A DNA stretch of 64,000 nucleotides from Gammaproteobacteria bacterium (lineage in GTDB: Bacteria; Pseudomonadota; Gammaproteobacteria; Eutrophobiales; Eutrophobiaceae). Numbering within the stretch: the stretch's first letter is position 1; each line of letters opens with the position of its first letter. The DNA lies in NCBI GenBank assembly GCA_965200295.1, contig OZ241347.1, positions 3,244,639 through 3,308,638 of the forward strand, written 5' to 3'. Shown piece after piece: positions 48,608 to 58,613 of the stretch. A program made the position numbers and the translations under genes. The notes beneath the pieces were generated by a model. That model was not told the origin of the DNA. It ran no database searches and saw only the letters and a list, made by a program, of their open reading frames with translations.

Positions 48608-49879
48608 TCAGCGAAATGGCGCCGGCAGCGATTTTTCCCCGGCATAGTACGGGCGCCAGAACTTGATCGCCAGGGGTACTGCCACGTTTAACCAGAAGAT
48701 GGTGAACATCAGTGTGTAGAAGACTTCCTCGGTAAAGATACCGTATTGCGTATAGGCAATATTGATGACCACAAACGCCAGTTCTGCCCGCCCCAGCATG
48801 CCAAACCCGATCATGGTAGCATCCGGCCAGTTGAAACCACCGGTATAACGCGCCGCCAGGGAGGCGGCAAGTATCTGGGCCACCGCCACACAGCCAAGCA
48901 GGATCAGGGTTTCCTCCAGCACTGTGGTAAAAATTGCCGGGTCGAAGATGAGTTGCGCACCTAAGTTGACAAAAAAGATAGGACCAATCCAGGAGAAAGC
49001 AACATCGTCGATGATCCTGCGGGTGTCTCGATACAGAGTGCGCTGATTTTCCTTTTTGCCGAAATGAAAGTATTCCTCCCTGATGATCAGTCCCGCCATG
49101 TAGGCGCCGATGGCTGCGTGCAGTCCCAGCTGGTGGGCCAACAGGCTGATGGAAACGGCGACCAGTAAAATGACCAGGGTGGCTTTGCTGCCGTCATCTA
49201 TGGCAAGCAGGTTGACCATCCCGAACCGTTGCAATACGGGGTAACGGGACAACAACCCCTGCTCGGCGCTGTGTGGCATGAACCAGACCGCAATAATGAT
49301 GACCAGGATAAAGAATAACAGCGCGCGCAGTAATGTCATCCCGATCCCGACGCCGGACAGGTCGCCCGGCCCCGTGGCGAGGGGTATCACCACTGCAACT
49401 AACGCCAGGGACACGAAGCTGTCTATCACCGCCGCCGTCATGATGCCACTGGCGGCGCCGGACAGATGCAGGTTTTCGCTACGCAACGAAACCATGGTCA
49501 GGGATACCGCCGTGGCGGTCATGGTCAGGCCGCACAGCAAGGCAATTTTGTCATCCCCCCAGAAATACTGCGCGCAGGACCAGGCCGCAATACCTGGCGC
49601 CAGCGCTCCGAACAGAGCAATCCCCCAACTGCGTCTGGCGCTGCGCAGAAAATGTCCGGGGTTGGATTCAAACCCCAGCGCGAACATGATCAGGATCAGA
49701 CCGACCTCGGACAAGCCCTGTATAAAAGGCGAGCTGTCGCTGGGCAGCCAGCCCAGATTGGCCATGAGACAACCGGCGGCCAGGAAATACAGCACCGAGG
49801 TCAGCCGGGTCTTTGCCGCCAGCCAGGAAGCGATAAATACGCTGGCCCAGATCAGAGCCAGTTCTTGCAGATCGTGCAT
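48608..49879 (-). CDS. Cation:proton antiporter (Na+/H+ exchanger / CPA family)
   Basis: 423 aa and about 12 TM segments. Typical sodium/hydrogen-exchanger-family hydrophobic pattern. Confidence 0.8.
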   Translation of the reverse strand: MHDLQELALIWASVFIASWLAAKTRLTSVLYFLAAGCLMANLGWLPSDSSPFIQGLSEVGLILIMFALGFESNPGHFLRSARRSWGIALFGALAPGIAAWSCAQYFWGDDKIALLCGLTMTATAVSLTMVSLRSENLHLSGAASGIMTAAVIDSFVSLALVAVVIPLATGPGDLSGVGIGMTLLRALLFFILVIIIAVWFMPHSAEQGLLSRYPVLQRFGMVNLLAIDDGSKATLVILLVAVSISLLAHQLGLHAAIGAYMAGLIIREEYFHFGKKENQRTLYRDTRRIIDDVAFSWIGPIFFVNLGAQLIFDPAIFTTVLEETLILLGCVAVAQILAASLAARYTGGFNWPDATMIGFGMLGRAELAFVVINIAYTQYGIFTEEVFYTLMFTIFWLNVAVPLAIKFWRPYYAGEKSLPAPFR

Positions 49880-49931
49880 GGTCGGATGTCTTTTACTAGT
49901 GTTGTGTGGTTCGTTTGTCAGTCTTCCTGAA

Positions 49932-50660
49932 GGCCACCTCTAAAAATTAGAGGTGGCCGTGCAGCATAGGGATATGCTGCCATTTTTAAGCACGTAAGTG
50001 CTTGAAAATGACAAATCGTCAGGATAGACGATTTGCAAACTACATCCGTGTAGTTTGCCCCGATGGGGCCAGCTGCGCTGTCCAAATTCGTTCCGGACGA
50101 ATTTGTGCAAACTACATCCGTGTAGTTTGCCCCGATGGGGCCAGCTGCGCTGTCCAAATTCGTTCCGGACGAATTTGTGCAAACTACATCCGTGTAGTTT
50201 GCCCCGATGGGGCCAGCTGCGCTGTCCAAATTCGTTCCGGACGAATTTGTGCAAACTACATCCGTGTAGTTTGCCCCGATGGGGCCAGCTGCGCTGTCCA
50301 AATTCGTTCCGGACGAATTTGTGCAAACTACATCCGTGTAGTTTGCCCCGATGGGGCCAGCTGCGCTGTCCAAATTCGTTCCGGACGAATTTGTGCAAAC
50401 TACATCCGTGTAGTTTGCCCCGATGGGGCCAGCTGCGCTGTCCAAATTCGTTCCGGACGAATTTGTGCAAACTACATCCGTGTAGTTTGCCCCAATGGGG
50501 CCAGCTGCGCTGTCCAAATTCGTTCCGGACGAATTTGTGCACAGCGATAGCTGCCCGTAGGGTTGCGTCCACGGATGGACGCAATGAGGGAAATAAAAAA
50601 TCACACTTTTTCATTTCCGTCTCTGCTTATGTGCCACGGAGGGCATTTTTAGAGGTTCCC
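49932..50660 (-). repeat. Five-hairpin MITE-like element, copy F, split by a ~530-bp hairpin-module insertion
   Basis: The left part (49932-50009) matches hairpins 5-3 of copy E. The right part (about 50586-50660) matches hairpins 2-1. Confidence 0.85.
50036..50539. repeat. Tandem array of 7 x 72 bp, near-identical units
   Basis: The unit is caaactacatccgtgtagtttgccccgatggggccagctgcgctgtccaaattcgttccggacgaatttgtg. The period was verified at 50041/50113/50185/... . Only unit 7 differs, by one base (ccccaatgggg). Confidence 0.95.
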
Positions 50661-50806
50661 TGAATGGAGTCATCATCGGCCAGCAGCCGGTGCGACGGCG
50701 CTTCGAGGTCATCGTACTGGCCGCTTTTGACAGTCCAGTAAAACGCGCAGGATATTGCCGCCACCAGCGCCAGGGAAATACCGATCAGCAGGTAGATTAT
50801 TTCCAT
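50627..50806 (-). CDS. ccoS: cbb3 oxidase maturation protein CcoS/FixS
   Basis: MEIIYLLIGISLALVAAISCAFYWTVKSGQYDDLE. The ATG overlaps the ccoI stop (TAATG). The last ~11 codons and the stop lie inside MITE copy F. Confidence 0.8.
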   Translation of the reverse strand: MEIIYLLIGISLALVAAISCAFYWTVKSGQYDDLEAPSHRLLADDDSIQGTSKNALRGT

Positions 50807-53076
50807 TATTGCCCGGCGCCAGTACCGGTCTGCATCAGCCGCAACGCATTGAGGACGACCAACAGTGAGCTCAGGGACATGCCAATGGCAGCCATCCACG
50901 GCGTCAGGTAGCCCAGGCAGGCCGCTGGCAGCGCACCCAGGTTGTAGCCCACGGCCCAGGCGATATTCTGTTTGATGATGTTCATGGTACGACGCGCCAG
51001 CAATACGATAAAGGCGACATTGTCCACGTTATCGTTCAAGATAACAATATCAGAATGCACTTGCGCCAGATCGGTGGCGTCATTCATGGAGATGGCCACG
51101 TCCGCGGCTGCCAGCGCCGGCACATCGTTAATGCCGTCACCAAACATGACTGCGCGGCGGCCGGCGGCGGCGTTACGCTGCAATAACGCCAGCTTCTCGG
51201 CGGGGTCAAGTTCGCCGTGACGCTCATCGAACCCCAACGACGCAGACAGCTGCGTGACCGCGGCGCGCCGGTCGCCACTCAGCAACACGGTGCGCTTGCC
51301 GGCCTGCCTGATGCGACCGAGCAGCGCGGCAATGCCGGGGCGCAGCTCATCGGCAAAGGAGAACGCAGCCAGGACGCCGCCGGCATCAGCCAGGAACGCC
51401 AGGGTGGCCGGGTCCGGCGCGGCCTCGGGCGGCGTCAGGCCTGTCTGCGCCTTAATGAAACGCCTGCTGCCGAGGTAATAGCGGCGTCCATCCACACGCC
51501 CGCACAGGCCGCCGCCGGGATAGTTTACCAGGTCGTCCGCAATGCAGTGACCCGCAGCGCCGGCGCGCGCCAGCGCCCGCCCCAGGGGATGTTCCGAATC
51601 CTGCTCCAGGGCTGCGGCAACAGCCAGACATTGCGCTGCCGACATTGCCGCGCACGGCCTGACCTCGTGCAGTTGCAGCGCGCCGGTGGTGAGCGTACCG
51701 GTTTTGTCGAAGATAAAGTCGTCGCTTGCGGCGACCCGTTCCAGCGCGTCGGCGGAGGTGCAGGCAATACCGCGTTGCAGCAGGGCGGCTGAGGCTGAAG
51801 CCACCGCGCTGGGCGTTGCCAGCGCCAACGCACAAGGACAGGTGACCACCAGCACCGAGATGGTGACCGGCAAGGCCAGCGCTGGATCCGCCTGCCACCA
51901 GTACAAACTGACCACGGCGGCAAGCGCCAGCACACCCACAACAAACCACGATGCCACCCGGTCGGCAAACCCGGTGAGCCGGGATTTATGTGCCTGTGCC
52001 CGTTCGGCCAGCCGGGTAATCTGCCTCAGCACGGAACCCTCGCCCACCTGTTCCACTCGCATTCGCAAGGGCGAAGCGATATTCACGCTGCCGCCGACCA
52101 GACGCGCGCCCGGCCCTTTCGCTACCGGCAGGCTTTCCCCGGTGATAAGCGCCTCATCCACCTGGGATTGCCCGCGCAGCACGACACCATCCGCCGGGAT
52201 GATCTCACCAGCGCGCAGCGCCACACAGTCACCGGGTTGCAGGTCTGCCACGGGTACGGTTTCCCGTTGCCGGGTCGCGCCGGCGCCTACCAAGCGGCGC
52301 GCAGTGGCAGGTATGATTTTTTTCAAACCGGCCAGTTGCGCGTTGGCTTTGTGCCTCGCCATGAACTCCAGATAACGGCTCAGCGAAAGGAAAAACACCA
52401 GCATGACCACGGAATCAAAATAGACATGCCCGGCCTGTGTCCAGGTCGCCCACAGACTGCCGAGATATGCCAGGGTGAGGCCCAGGCTCACCGGCACGTC
52501 CATGCCGGGCGCCAGGTTACGCAAGCCGTGCATGGCGCCCAGGTAAAACGGGCGCGCGCAATACACCAGCACCGGCAGCGTCAACAACGCCGCCACCCAA
52601 CGCAGAAAGTCTCTCAACTCAGCATCCATAGCGCCCCCCTGCCCGGCATACAGGCCGATGGAGATCATCATAACCTGCATGGCCAGCACGCCTGCCAAAC
52701 CGATGCGCAGCAGGCCGGCGCGGCGACTTTCGGCAAACTGCGCCTGTTCCTGCTCCCCCCCACAGGGAAACGCGCGGTAGCCGAGTCTGGCTATTTCCGC
52801 GAGGATGCCGCTCAAGCGCAACCGCCGGGGGTCCCAGCGCACACGCGCCTGGTGACTGCTGAAGTTGATAGCACAGGCAGACACGCCGCCCAGCGCGGCC
52901 AGACCCTGCTCAATTTTGCGGATACAGGACGGGCAGGTAATGCCTTCTACCAGCAGCGTGGTCTCCCGGGTCGCAACATCCACCTTGCGTACAAAGCTGT
53001 CCTGGACCCGTTCATTATCATAGACGCTCAGGGGCGCCGGCGCATTCATAAAATCCTGCCTGGAAGTGTTGTACAT
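50806..53076 (-). CDS. ccoI: Copper-translocating P-type ATPase CcoI/FixI
   Basis: HMA motif GITCPSCIRKIE, CPC transmembrane motif, DKTGTLT phosphorylation site and a GDGINDVPAL hinge. Confidence 0.9.
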   Translation of the reverse strand: MYNTSRQDFMNAPAPLSVYDNERVQDSFVRKVDVATRETTLLVEGITCPSCIRKIEQGLAALGGVSACAINFSSHQARVRWDPRRLRLSGILAEIARLGYRAFPCGGEQEQAQFAESRRAGLLRIGLAGVLAMQVMMISIGLYAGQGGAMDAELRDFLRWVAALLTLPVLVYCARPFYLGAMHGLRNLAPGMDVPVSLGLTLAYLGSLWATWTQAGHVYFDSVVMLVFFLSLSRYLEFMARHKANAQLAGLKKIIPATARRLVGAGATRQRETVPVADLQPGDCVALRAGEIIPADGVVLRGQSQVDEALITGESLPVAKGPGARLVGGSVNIASPLRMRVEQVGEGSVLRQITRLAERAQAHKSRLTGFADRVASWFVVGVLALAAVVSLYWWQADPALALPVTISVLVVTCPCALALATPSAVASASAALLQRGIACTSADALERVAASDDFIFDKTGTLTTGALQLHEVRPCAAMSAAQCLAVAAALEQDSEHPLGRALARAGAAGHCIADDLVNYPGGGLCGRVDGRRYYLGSRRFIKAQTGLTPPEAAPDPATLAFLADAGGVLAAFSFADELRPGIAALLGRIRQAGKRTVLLSGDRRAAVTQLSASLGFDERHGELDPAEKLALLQRNAAAGRRAVMFGDGINDVPALAAADVAISMNDATDLAQVHSDIVILNDNVDNVAFIVLLARRTMNIIKQNIAWAVGYNLGALPAACLGYLTPWMAAIGMSLSSLLVVLNALRLMQTGTGAGQ

Positions 53077-53173
53077 GGCATGGCCCTATAGTATATTAGT
53101 AATCCTGAAAATGCCATGACGAATTCGATGACGGAGTTGCAACTTTGATCCTACCGGCAGTAAGATGTAGCTG

Positions 53174-53722
53174 ATGGCAGCCCTGATTGACACCCTGCAG
53201 CGGGACCACAAGAACTATGCGCAACTGCTGAGCCTGTTGAGCAGGGAGGCGGACAAACTGGATGCGGGAGACGCGCCTGATTTTGTCCTTATGTATGACA
53301 TAATGAATTACATGGTCAATTATCCGGACCTCCACCACCACCCCCATGAAGAACTCATCTTTGAGGTTCTGGGCGCGCTGGACCCGGACTGCTTGGCCGA
53401 TGTGGGCAGACTGACCGAGGAACACCAGCAACAGGCTGCAACAGGGCTGGCCCTCAAGGACTCGCTGGATGCGGTGGTCAACGGCGCCATTGTTCCCTTA
53501 GACAGCATCCTGCGCCGCACCAGAGCCTACATCGATTTGTTTCGCCGCCACATAAGCCTGGAACAAGGGAGTGTTTTTCCCAAGGCTAAAGCCACCTTGG
53601 AGGACTCGGAGTGGCAACTGATCAACGATAAAATTTCCCAGGTGGAGGATCCGTTGTTCGGTGAGGTGGCGCTCGGCCAGTACCGGAAACTCTACGAGGG
53701 TATCGTTCGTGGTAACCTCTAA
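53174..53722 (+). CDS. Hemerythrin-like metal-binding domain protein
   Basis: DHKNYAQLL..., HHHPHEELIF and H..LE motifs. The stop codon lies inside a 20-nt fragment of the MITE terminus (ggtaacctctaaaaatg). Confidence 0.7.
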   Translation: MAALIDTLQRDHKNYAQLLSLLSREADKLDAGDAPDFVLMYDIMNYMVNYPDLHHHPHEELIFEVLGALDPDCLADVGRLTEEHQQQAATGLALKDSLDAVVNGAIVPLDSILRRTRAYIDLFRRHISLEQGSVFPKAKATLEDSEWQLINDKISQVEDPLFGEVALGQYRKLYEGIVRGNL

Positions 53723-53752
53723 AAATGTCCTCATAACACCAACGCCTGAGGC

Positions 53753-55198
53753 ATGGCGCTTATGACCGCAACCAACGTACCAGCAACGGGAGAGACGTAT
53801 AACTACAAGGTAGTACGGCAGTTTGCTGTGATGACTCTGGTCTGGGCCGTGGTGGGCATGGCGGTCGGTGTCCTCATCGCCGCGCAGATGGTCTGGCCGG
53901 CGCTGAATTTCGATGTTCCCTGGCTCAGTTTCGGCCGCTTGCGCCCGCTGCACACCAACGCCGTGATCTTTGCCTTCGGCGGCAGCGCCCTGTTTGCCAC
54001 GTCTTACTACATTGTGCAACGCACCTGCCATGTCAGGCTTTGCAGCGACGGTTTGGCCGCGTTCACCTTCTGGGGCTGGCAGGCGGTTATCGTACTGGCG
54101 GCCATCACCCTGCCTCTGGGCATTACTACTTCCAAGGAATACGCGGAGTTGGAATGGCCCATCGACATACTCATTACCATTGTCTGGGTGGCTTATGCGC
54201 TGGTGTTCTTTGGCACCCTCAAACGCCGCCGCATCAAACACATCTACGTTGCCAACTGGTTTTATGCCGCCTTTATCGTCACCATCGCGGTGCTGCATAT
54301 CTTTAACAGCCTGGCCATTCCGGTCAGCCTGACCAAGTCCTATTCCATTTATGCCGGCGTACAGGACGCCATGGTGCAATGGTGGTACGCCCATAATGCC
54401 GTGGGCTTCTTCCTCACCGCCGGCTTTCTCGGCATGATGTATTACTTCATTCCCAAGCAGGCCAACCGCCCGGTGTATTCCTACCGGCTGTCCATCGTAC
54501 ATTTCTGGTCACTGATCTTTACCTACATCTGGGCCGGGCCACACCACCTGCATTATACCGCCCTGCCGGAATGGACGCAGACCCTGGGCATGATCATGTC
54601 GATCATCCTGTTGGCGCCGTCCTGGGGCGGGATGATTAACGGCATCATGACCTTGTCGGGCGCCTGGCATAAACTGCGCACCGACCCGATCCTGCGTTTT
54701 TTGATTATTGCCGTTTCGTTTTACGGCATGTCCACGTTTGAAGGGCCGATGATGTCTATCAAGACGGTCAATGCGCTGTCGCACTACACGGACTGGACCA
54801 TAGGCCATGTGCATTCCGGGGCGCTGGGCTGGGTGGCGATGATCTCGCTGGGCGCCATTTACTATCTCATTCCACGCCTGTTCGGGCGGGAGATATACAG
54901 CGTCAAGCTGATCGAGGTGCATTTCTGGACCTCCACCATCGGCGTCGTGCTGTATATCACCGCCATGTGGGTAGCCGGCATCATGCAGGGGTTGATGTGG
55001 CGGGCGGTCAACGATGACGGCACCCTGACCTACAACTTCGTCGAAACCGTGCAGGCCATGCACCCGTTTTACCTGATCCGCTTTTTGGGCGGCGCCCTGT
55101 TCCTGCTGGGCGTGCTGGTAATGGTCTATAATGTGTGCAAGACCATCGCCGGCGCCAAACCGACGGACGCGCCCATACCACAGCCCGTGCACGCATGA
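53753..55198 (+). CDS. ccoN: Cytochrome c oxidase cbb3-type, subunit I
   Basis: 481 aa and 12 or more TM segments. Motifs [30 protein letters not shown] and [10 protein letters not shown]. Confidence 0.95.
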   Translation: MALMTATNVPATGETYNYKVVRQFAVMTLVWAVVGMAVGVLIAAQMVWPALNFDVPWLSFGRLRPLHTNAVIFAFGGSALFATSYYIVQRTCHVRLCSDGLAAFTFWGWQAVIVLAAITLPLGITTSKEYAELEWPIDILITIVWVAYALVFFGTLKRRRIKHIYVANWFYAAFIVTIAVLHIFNSLAIPVSLTKSYSIYAGVQDAMVQWWYAHNAVGFFLTAGFLGMMYYFIPKQANRPVYSYRLSIVHFWSLIFTYIWAGPHHLHYTALPEWTQTLGMIMSIILLAPSWGGMINGIMTLSGAWHKLRTDPILRFLIIAVSFYGMSTFEGPMMSIKTVNALSHYTDWTIGHVHSGALGWVAMISLGAIYYLIPRLFGREIYSVKLIEVHFWTSTIGVVLYITAMWVAGIMQGLMWRAVNDDGTLTYNFVETVQAMHPFYLIRFLGGALFLLGVLVMVYNVCKTIAGAKPTDAPIPQPVHA

Positions 55199-55211
55199 CC
55201 GGCAGGCAGCC

Positions 55212-55826
55212 TTGAACATCTCCCACGACAAGGTAGAAACCCATATCGGTTACATGATCATACTGATCATTATGGTGATCAGTATCGGCGGTCTGGTGCA
55301 GATCGTGCCGCTGTTTTTCATGCACTCTACCACGGAACCGGTAGCCGGCTTGCAACCCTATACCGCCTTGCAGCTTGCCGGACGCGACGTTTACGTCAAG
55401 GAGGGCTGCTACACCTGCCATTCACAGATGATCCGCCCGTTTCGCGCAGAGACAGAACGCTACGGCCATTACTCACTGGCCGGTGAGTTTGTTTATGACC
55501 GCCCGTTCCAGTGGGGGTCAAAACGCACCGGGCCCGACCTGCATCGGGTAGGGGGGCGGTATAACGACGAGTGGCACCGCATCCACCTGGTCAATCCCAG
55601 GGATGTGGTGCCGGAATCCATCATGCCCGGCTATCCCTGGCTGGAAGAGACCGCGTTGGACCCAACCACCATCAGGACGAAAATGCGGGCGTTGCGCCGC
55701 CTGGGCGCGCCTTATACCGACGCGGACCTGGAAAATGCGCCGGAAGAGTTGCGCGACAAAACCGAAATGGATGCCATCATTGCCTACCTGCAGGTCTTGG
55801 GAACGGCAGTGAAGACCCGGCGCTGA
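55212..55826 (+). CDS. ccoO: Cytochrome c oxidase cbb3-type, subunit II (monoheme)
   Basis: [17 protein letters not shown]...VPLFF N-terminus and heme motif CYTCHSQ. The only plausible start is TTG at 55212; the upstream ATG would overlap ccoN by 68 nt. Confidence 0.9.
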   Translation: MNISHDKVETHIGYMIILIIMVISIGGLVQIVPLFFMHSTTEPVAGLQPYTALQLAGRDVYVKEGCYTCHSQMIRPFRAETERYGHYSLAGEFVYDRPFQWGSKRTGPDLHRVGGRYNDEWHRIHLVNPRDVVPESIMPGYPWLEETALDPTTIRTKMRALRRLGAPYTDADLENAPEELRDKTEMDAIIAYLQVLGTAVKTRR

Positions 55827-55828
55827 CC

Positions 55829-55984
55829 ATGAGTATTGCCCTCATTCAGACCTTATGGACGCTGGTGATCGCGGCGCTGTTCGTGGCAATCGTCATCTGG
55901 GCCTACAGCGGCAAACGGAAAAAACACTTCGAAGACGCCGGCAATATCCCACTGCAGGAAGACCCGGACGAGCGCCATGGCTGA
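55829..55984 (+). CDS. ccoQ: cbb3 oxidase small subunit CcoQ
   Basis: 51 aa with a single TM (MSIALIQTLWTLVIAALFVAIVIWAYSGKRKKHFE). Positioned between ccoO and ccoP. Confidence 0.7.
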   Translation: MSIALIQTLWTLVIAALFVAIVIWAYSGKRKKHFEDAGNIPLQEDPDERHG

Positions 55985-56885
55985 TTTTACCAGTCCTTTC
56001 TGGAGCATCTTCATCGTAGTTGCGACCATCGTCTCGCTCGTTGCGTTGGTGATACTGTTCGCCGTATTCAAAGGGGGCAAGACTTCTTCCGGCGCCGCTG
56101 AAGAAGCCGATACCACGGGGCATGTGTGGGATGAAGACCTGCGCGAATACAACAAACCGATGCCGAGCTGGTGGCTGAACCTGTTTTATATCACGCTCGT
56201 CTTCAGCGTCATTTACCTGGCGCTGTATCCTGGCCTGGGCGCGTTCGGCGGCATCCTCGGCTGGAGTCAAATCAAGCAGTATGAGGAAGAAATACAAGCT
56301 GCAGAAGATACTTATGGCCCGCTGTTCAATCGTTACCTGAATGAAGATCTCAAAACTCTGGCGCGCAACCCCGAGGCGGTGGAGGTTGGCCGGCGACTGT
56401 TTTCCAACTATTGCAGCACCTGCCACGGTTCTGATGCACGCGGAGCTCGGGGGTTTCCCAACCTGCGCGATGATGACTGGCTCTACGGCGGCGACCCCGA
56501 AACCATCAAGACCACCATCCTCAAGGGTCGGGAAGGGCTGATGCCCGGCTGGAAAGATATTATCAGTGCACAGGACATTGATGACATCACGCACCACGTG
56601 CTGTCGCTGAGTGATCGCTTGTTTGACCCGGCCGCGGCGGCCCGGGGCGGCCCCATCTTCCAGTCTTACTGTGCGGTCTGTCATGGCGCAGACGGCGCTG
56701 GCAACCAGACGCTGGGCGCGCCTAATCTGGCTGATGATATATGGTTGCACGGCGCCTCCAAGCAACGCATCGTGCAGGGCATCGGCAATGGGTTTGACAA
56801 TATCATGCCGCCGCACGAGGCGTTCCTGGGCGAGGCTAAATCGCACCTGCTCGCCGCCTACGTGTACAGCCTGTCTGCTAACTGA
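55977..56885 (+). CDS. ccoP: Cytochrome c oxidase cbb3-type, subunit III (diheme)
   Basis: Two CxxCH motifs (CSTCHG, CAVCHG) and an N-terminal TM segment. Confidence 0.9.
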   Translation: MADFTSPFWSIFIVVATIVSLVALVILFAVFKGGKTSSGAAEEADTTGHVWDEDLREYNKPMPSWWLNLFYITLVFSVIYLALYPGLGAFGGILGWSQIKQYEEEIQAAEDTYGPLFNRYLNEDLKTLARNPEAVEVGRRLFSNYCSTCHGSDARGARGFPNLRDDDWLYGGDPETIKTTILKGREGLMPGWKDIISAQDIDDITHHVLSLSDRLFDPAAAARGGPIFQSYCAVCHGADGAGNQTLGAPNLADDIWLHGASKQRIVQGIGNGFDNIMPPHEAFLGEAKSHLLAAYVYSLSAN

Positions 56886-56892
56886 AGTCCTG

Positions 56893-57138
56893 ATGACCAA
56901 TAACCGCAAAACACCGGCGCCACTGCAAGTTGCCATAGTTCTGTGGCTGTCATTCCTGCTGGCGATAGCGCCTACCGGCATAGTGTTCAGCTTGTTCGAC
57001 CCCAATGCTGTCAGCGCCTGTCTGACGGTGCCGGAAGTCAGCCCTCTGGCCGCCTACAGTATCGGTTTTTTCGCCTTCTGGCTGCTCTGCGCCGGCGCCG
57101 GCCTGCTCTGTGTGTATTTCCTGTCCGGCGGGGAATGA
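56893..57138 (+). CDS. Hypothetical small membrane protein between ccoP and ccoG
   Basis: 81 aa with two hydrophobic segments. Followed by the hairpin ccctctc...gagaggg plus T's. No recognisable family. Confidence 0.4.
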   Translation: MTNNRKTPAPLQVAIVLWLSFLLAIAPTGIVFSLFDPNAVSACLTVPEVSPLAAYSIGFFAFWLLCAGAGLLCVYFLSGGE

Positions 57139-57238
57139 GTTGTATGACTCCCTCTCACTCTGAGAGAGAGGGTTTAGCTCGTATATCCCACTCGGCCGCT
57201 TGTTGTCTTATGAAACATGATTGCTATCAATAAGTGTC

Positions 57239-58612
57239 ATGTCTGCATCCGTAGAAGCATCACTTTTCGAGAAACGGCAGAAAGTCTATCCCCGTGAGGT
57301 GCATGGCAGGTTTGCCCTGCTGCGGGTCAGCGCCGTGCTCGGCTTGCTGGGACTGTACTACGCCTTGCCCTGGGTGGCATGGTCGGGGCGACAGGCCGTG
57401 CTGCTGGACCTGCCGGCGCGCAAGTTTTACCTGTTCGGGCTCACCTTGTGGCCCCAGGACTTTCCCCTGCTGACGCTACTGCTCATCAGCGCAGCCTTGT
57501 CCCTGTTCTTTTTCACCGCGCTGGCAGGACGCTTGTGGTGCGGCTATGCCTGCCCCCAGACCGTGTGGACGGAAGTGTTTTTGTGGATTGAACGCCACCT
57601 CGAGGGGAGCCGTACCCGGCAAATGCGGCTGGACCAAGGGCCGCTCAATGTCAGGAAATTCCGGATTAAAGCCACCAAGCATACGGTCTGGCTGCTGTTC
57701 TCCCTATGGACCGGCTTTACTTTCGTCGCCTATTTCACGCCGGCCCGGGAGCTGGCGGCAAAAACCCTGGCGCTGCAACTCGGCCCCTGGGAGAGTTTCT
57801 GGCTGCTGTTCTACAGCTTCGCCACCTACGGCAATGCCGGCTGGATGCGCGAGCAAGTGTGCAAGTACATGTGCCCTTATGCGCGCTTTCAGAGCGCCAT
57901 GTTCGATGCCGATACCCTGGTCATTTCCTACGATAAGAAACGCGGCGAGCCACGCGGCGCGCGCCGGCCCGAGGTCAACCCTGCGCAACAAGGTCTGGGG
58001 GATTGCATCAACTGCACGCTGTGCGTACAGGTCTGTCCGACCGGCATTGATATCCGCGACGGTCTACAATACGAATGCATTGGCTGTTCGGCCTGTATCG
58101 ACGTGTGCAACGACGTCATGGATAAGATGAATTATGCCAAAGGCCTGATCCGCTATACCACGCCGAATGCCCTGGAAGGCAAAGCCACCCGCGTGCTGCG
58201 CCCCAGGATTATTATTTACGGCGCCATTTTGCTGGGCTTGTTAGCGATCTTGCTGTTCGCTCTCGCCAACCGCACGCCGCTGGCTCTGGACGTGATCCGG
58301 GATCGCAATCAGCTTTACCGGGAAACGCGGGAGGGCCTGATAGAAAACGTATATACCTTAAAGGTGATGAATATGGATGACAAAACCCGGTCTTACATCC
58401 TGGACGTGACCGGCATCGACGGCATCACCGTGCATACCGACCAGGACCCGATCAGGGCCACCGGCGGCGAGGTGCTTAGTGTGCCGGTACGGGTACGCGC
58501 CGCTGAGTTCAACCTGACGGCGCGCTCCAGTGCGATCGAGTTCATACTGACCACAGCAGATGAGGAACTCTCCGTGACCGAAACCGCCCGCTTCCTGGGG
58601 CCGACTCCCTGA
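57239..58612 (+). CDS. ccoG: cbb3 oxidase accessory protein CcoG/FixG (4Fe-4S ferredoxin-type)
   Basis: LFEKRQKVYPREVHGRFALLR N-terminus, with CGYACPQ, CKYMCPYARFQ, CINCTLCVQVCP and CIGCSACIDVC motifs. Confidence 0.9.
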   Translation: MSASVEASLFEKRQKVYPREVHGRFALLRVSAVLGLLGLYYALPWVAWSGRQAVLLDLPARKFYLFGLTLWPQDFPLLTLLLISAALSLFFFTALAGRLWCGYACPQTVWTEVFLWIERHLEGSRTRQMRLDQGPLNVRKFRIKATKHTVWLLFSLWTGFTFVAYFTPARELAAKTLALQLGPWESFWLLFYSFATYGNAGWMREQVCKYMCPYARFQSAMFDADTLVISYDKKRGEPRGARRPEVNPAQQGLGDCINCTLCVQVCPTGIDIRDGLQYECIGCSACIDVCNDVMDKMNYAKGLIRYTTPNALEGKATRVLRPRIIIYGAILLGLLAILLFALANRTPLALDVIRDRNQLYRETREGLIENVYTLKVMNMDDKTRSYILDVTGIDGITVHTDQDPIRATGGEVLSVPVRVRAAEFNLTARSSAIEFILTTADEELSVTETARFLGPTP

Positions 58613-58613
58613 C

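Noticed and set aside
50036-50539. The 72-bp repeat array as a CRISPR array
   Set aside because: The units abut each other with no unique spacers, are 72 bp long and near-identical. No cas genes are nearby. It is a plain tandem repeat.
49918-50663. Four long ORFs (182-228 aa) reading through the tandem array as repeat-protein genes
   Set aside because: The openness is a by-product of a 72-nt (3n) unit lacking stops. The units are chains of perfect hairpins embedded in a MITE, there is no RBS or start context, and the ORFs overlap each other on both strands.
53077-53173. FNR box in the ccoI / hemerythrin-ccoN divergent region
   Set aside because: Only a lone TTGAT half-site (near 53144) is present, with no matching ATCAA at N4 spacing.
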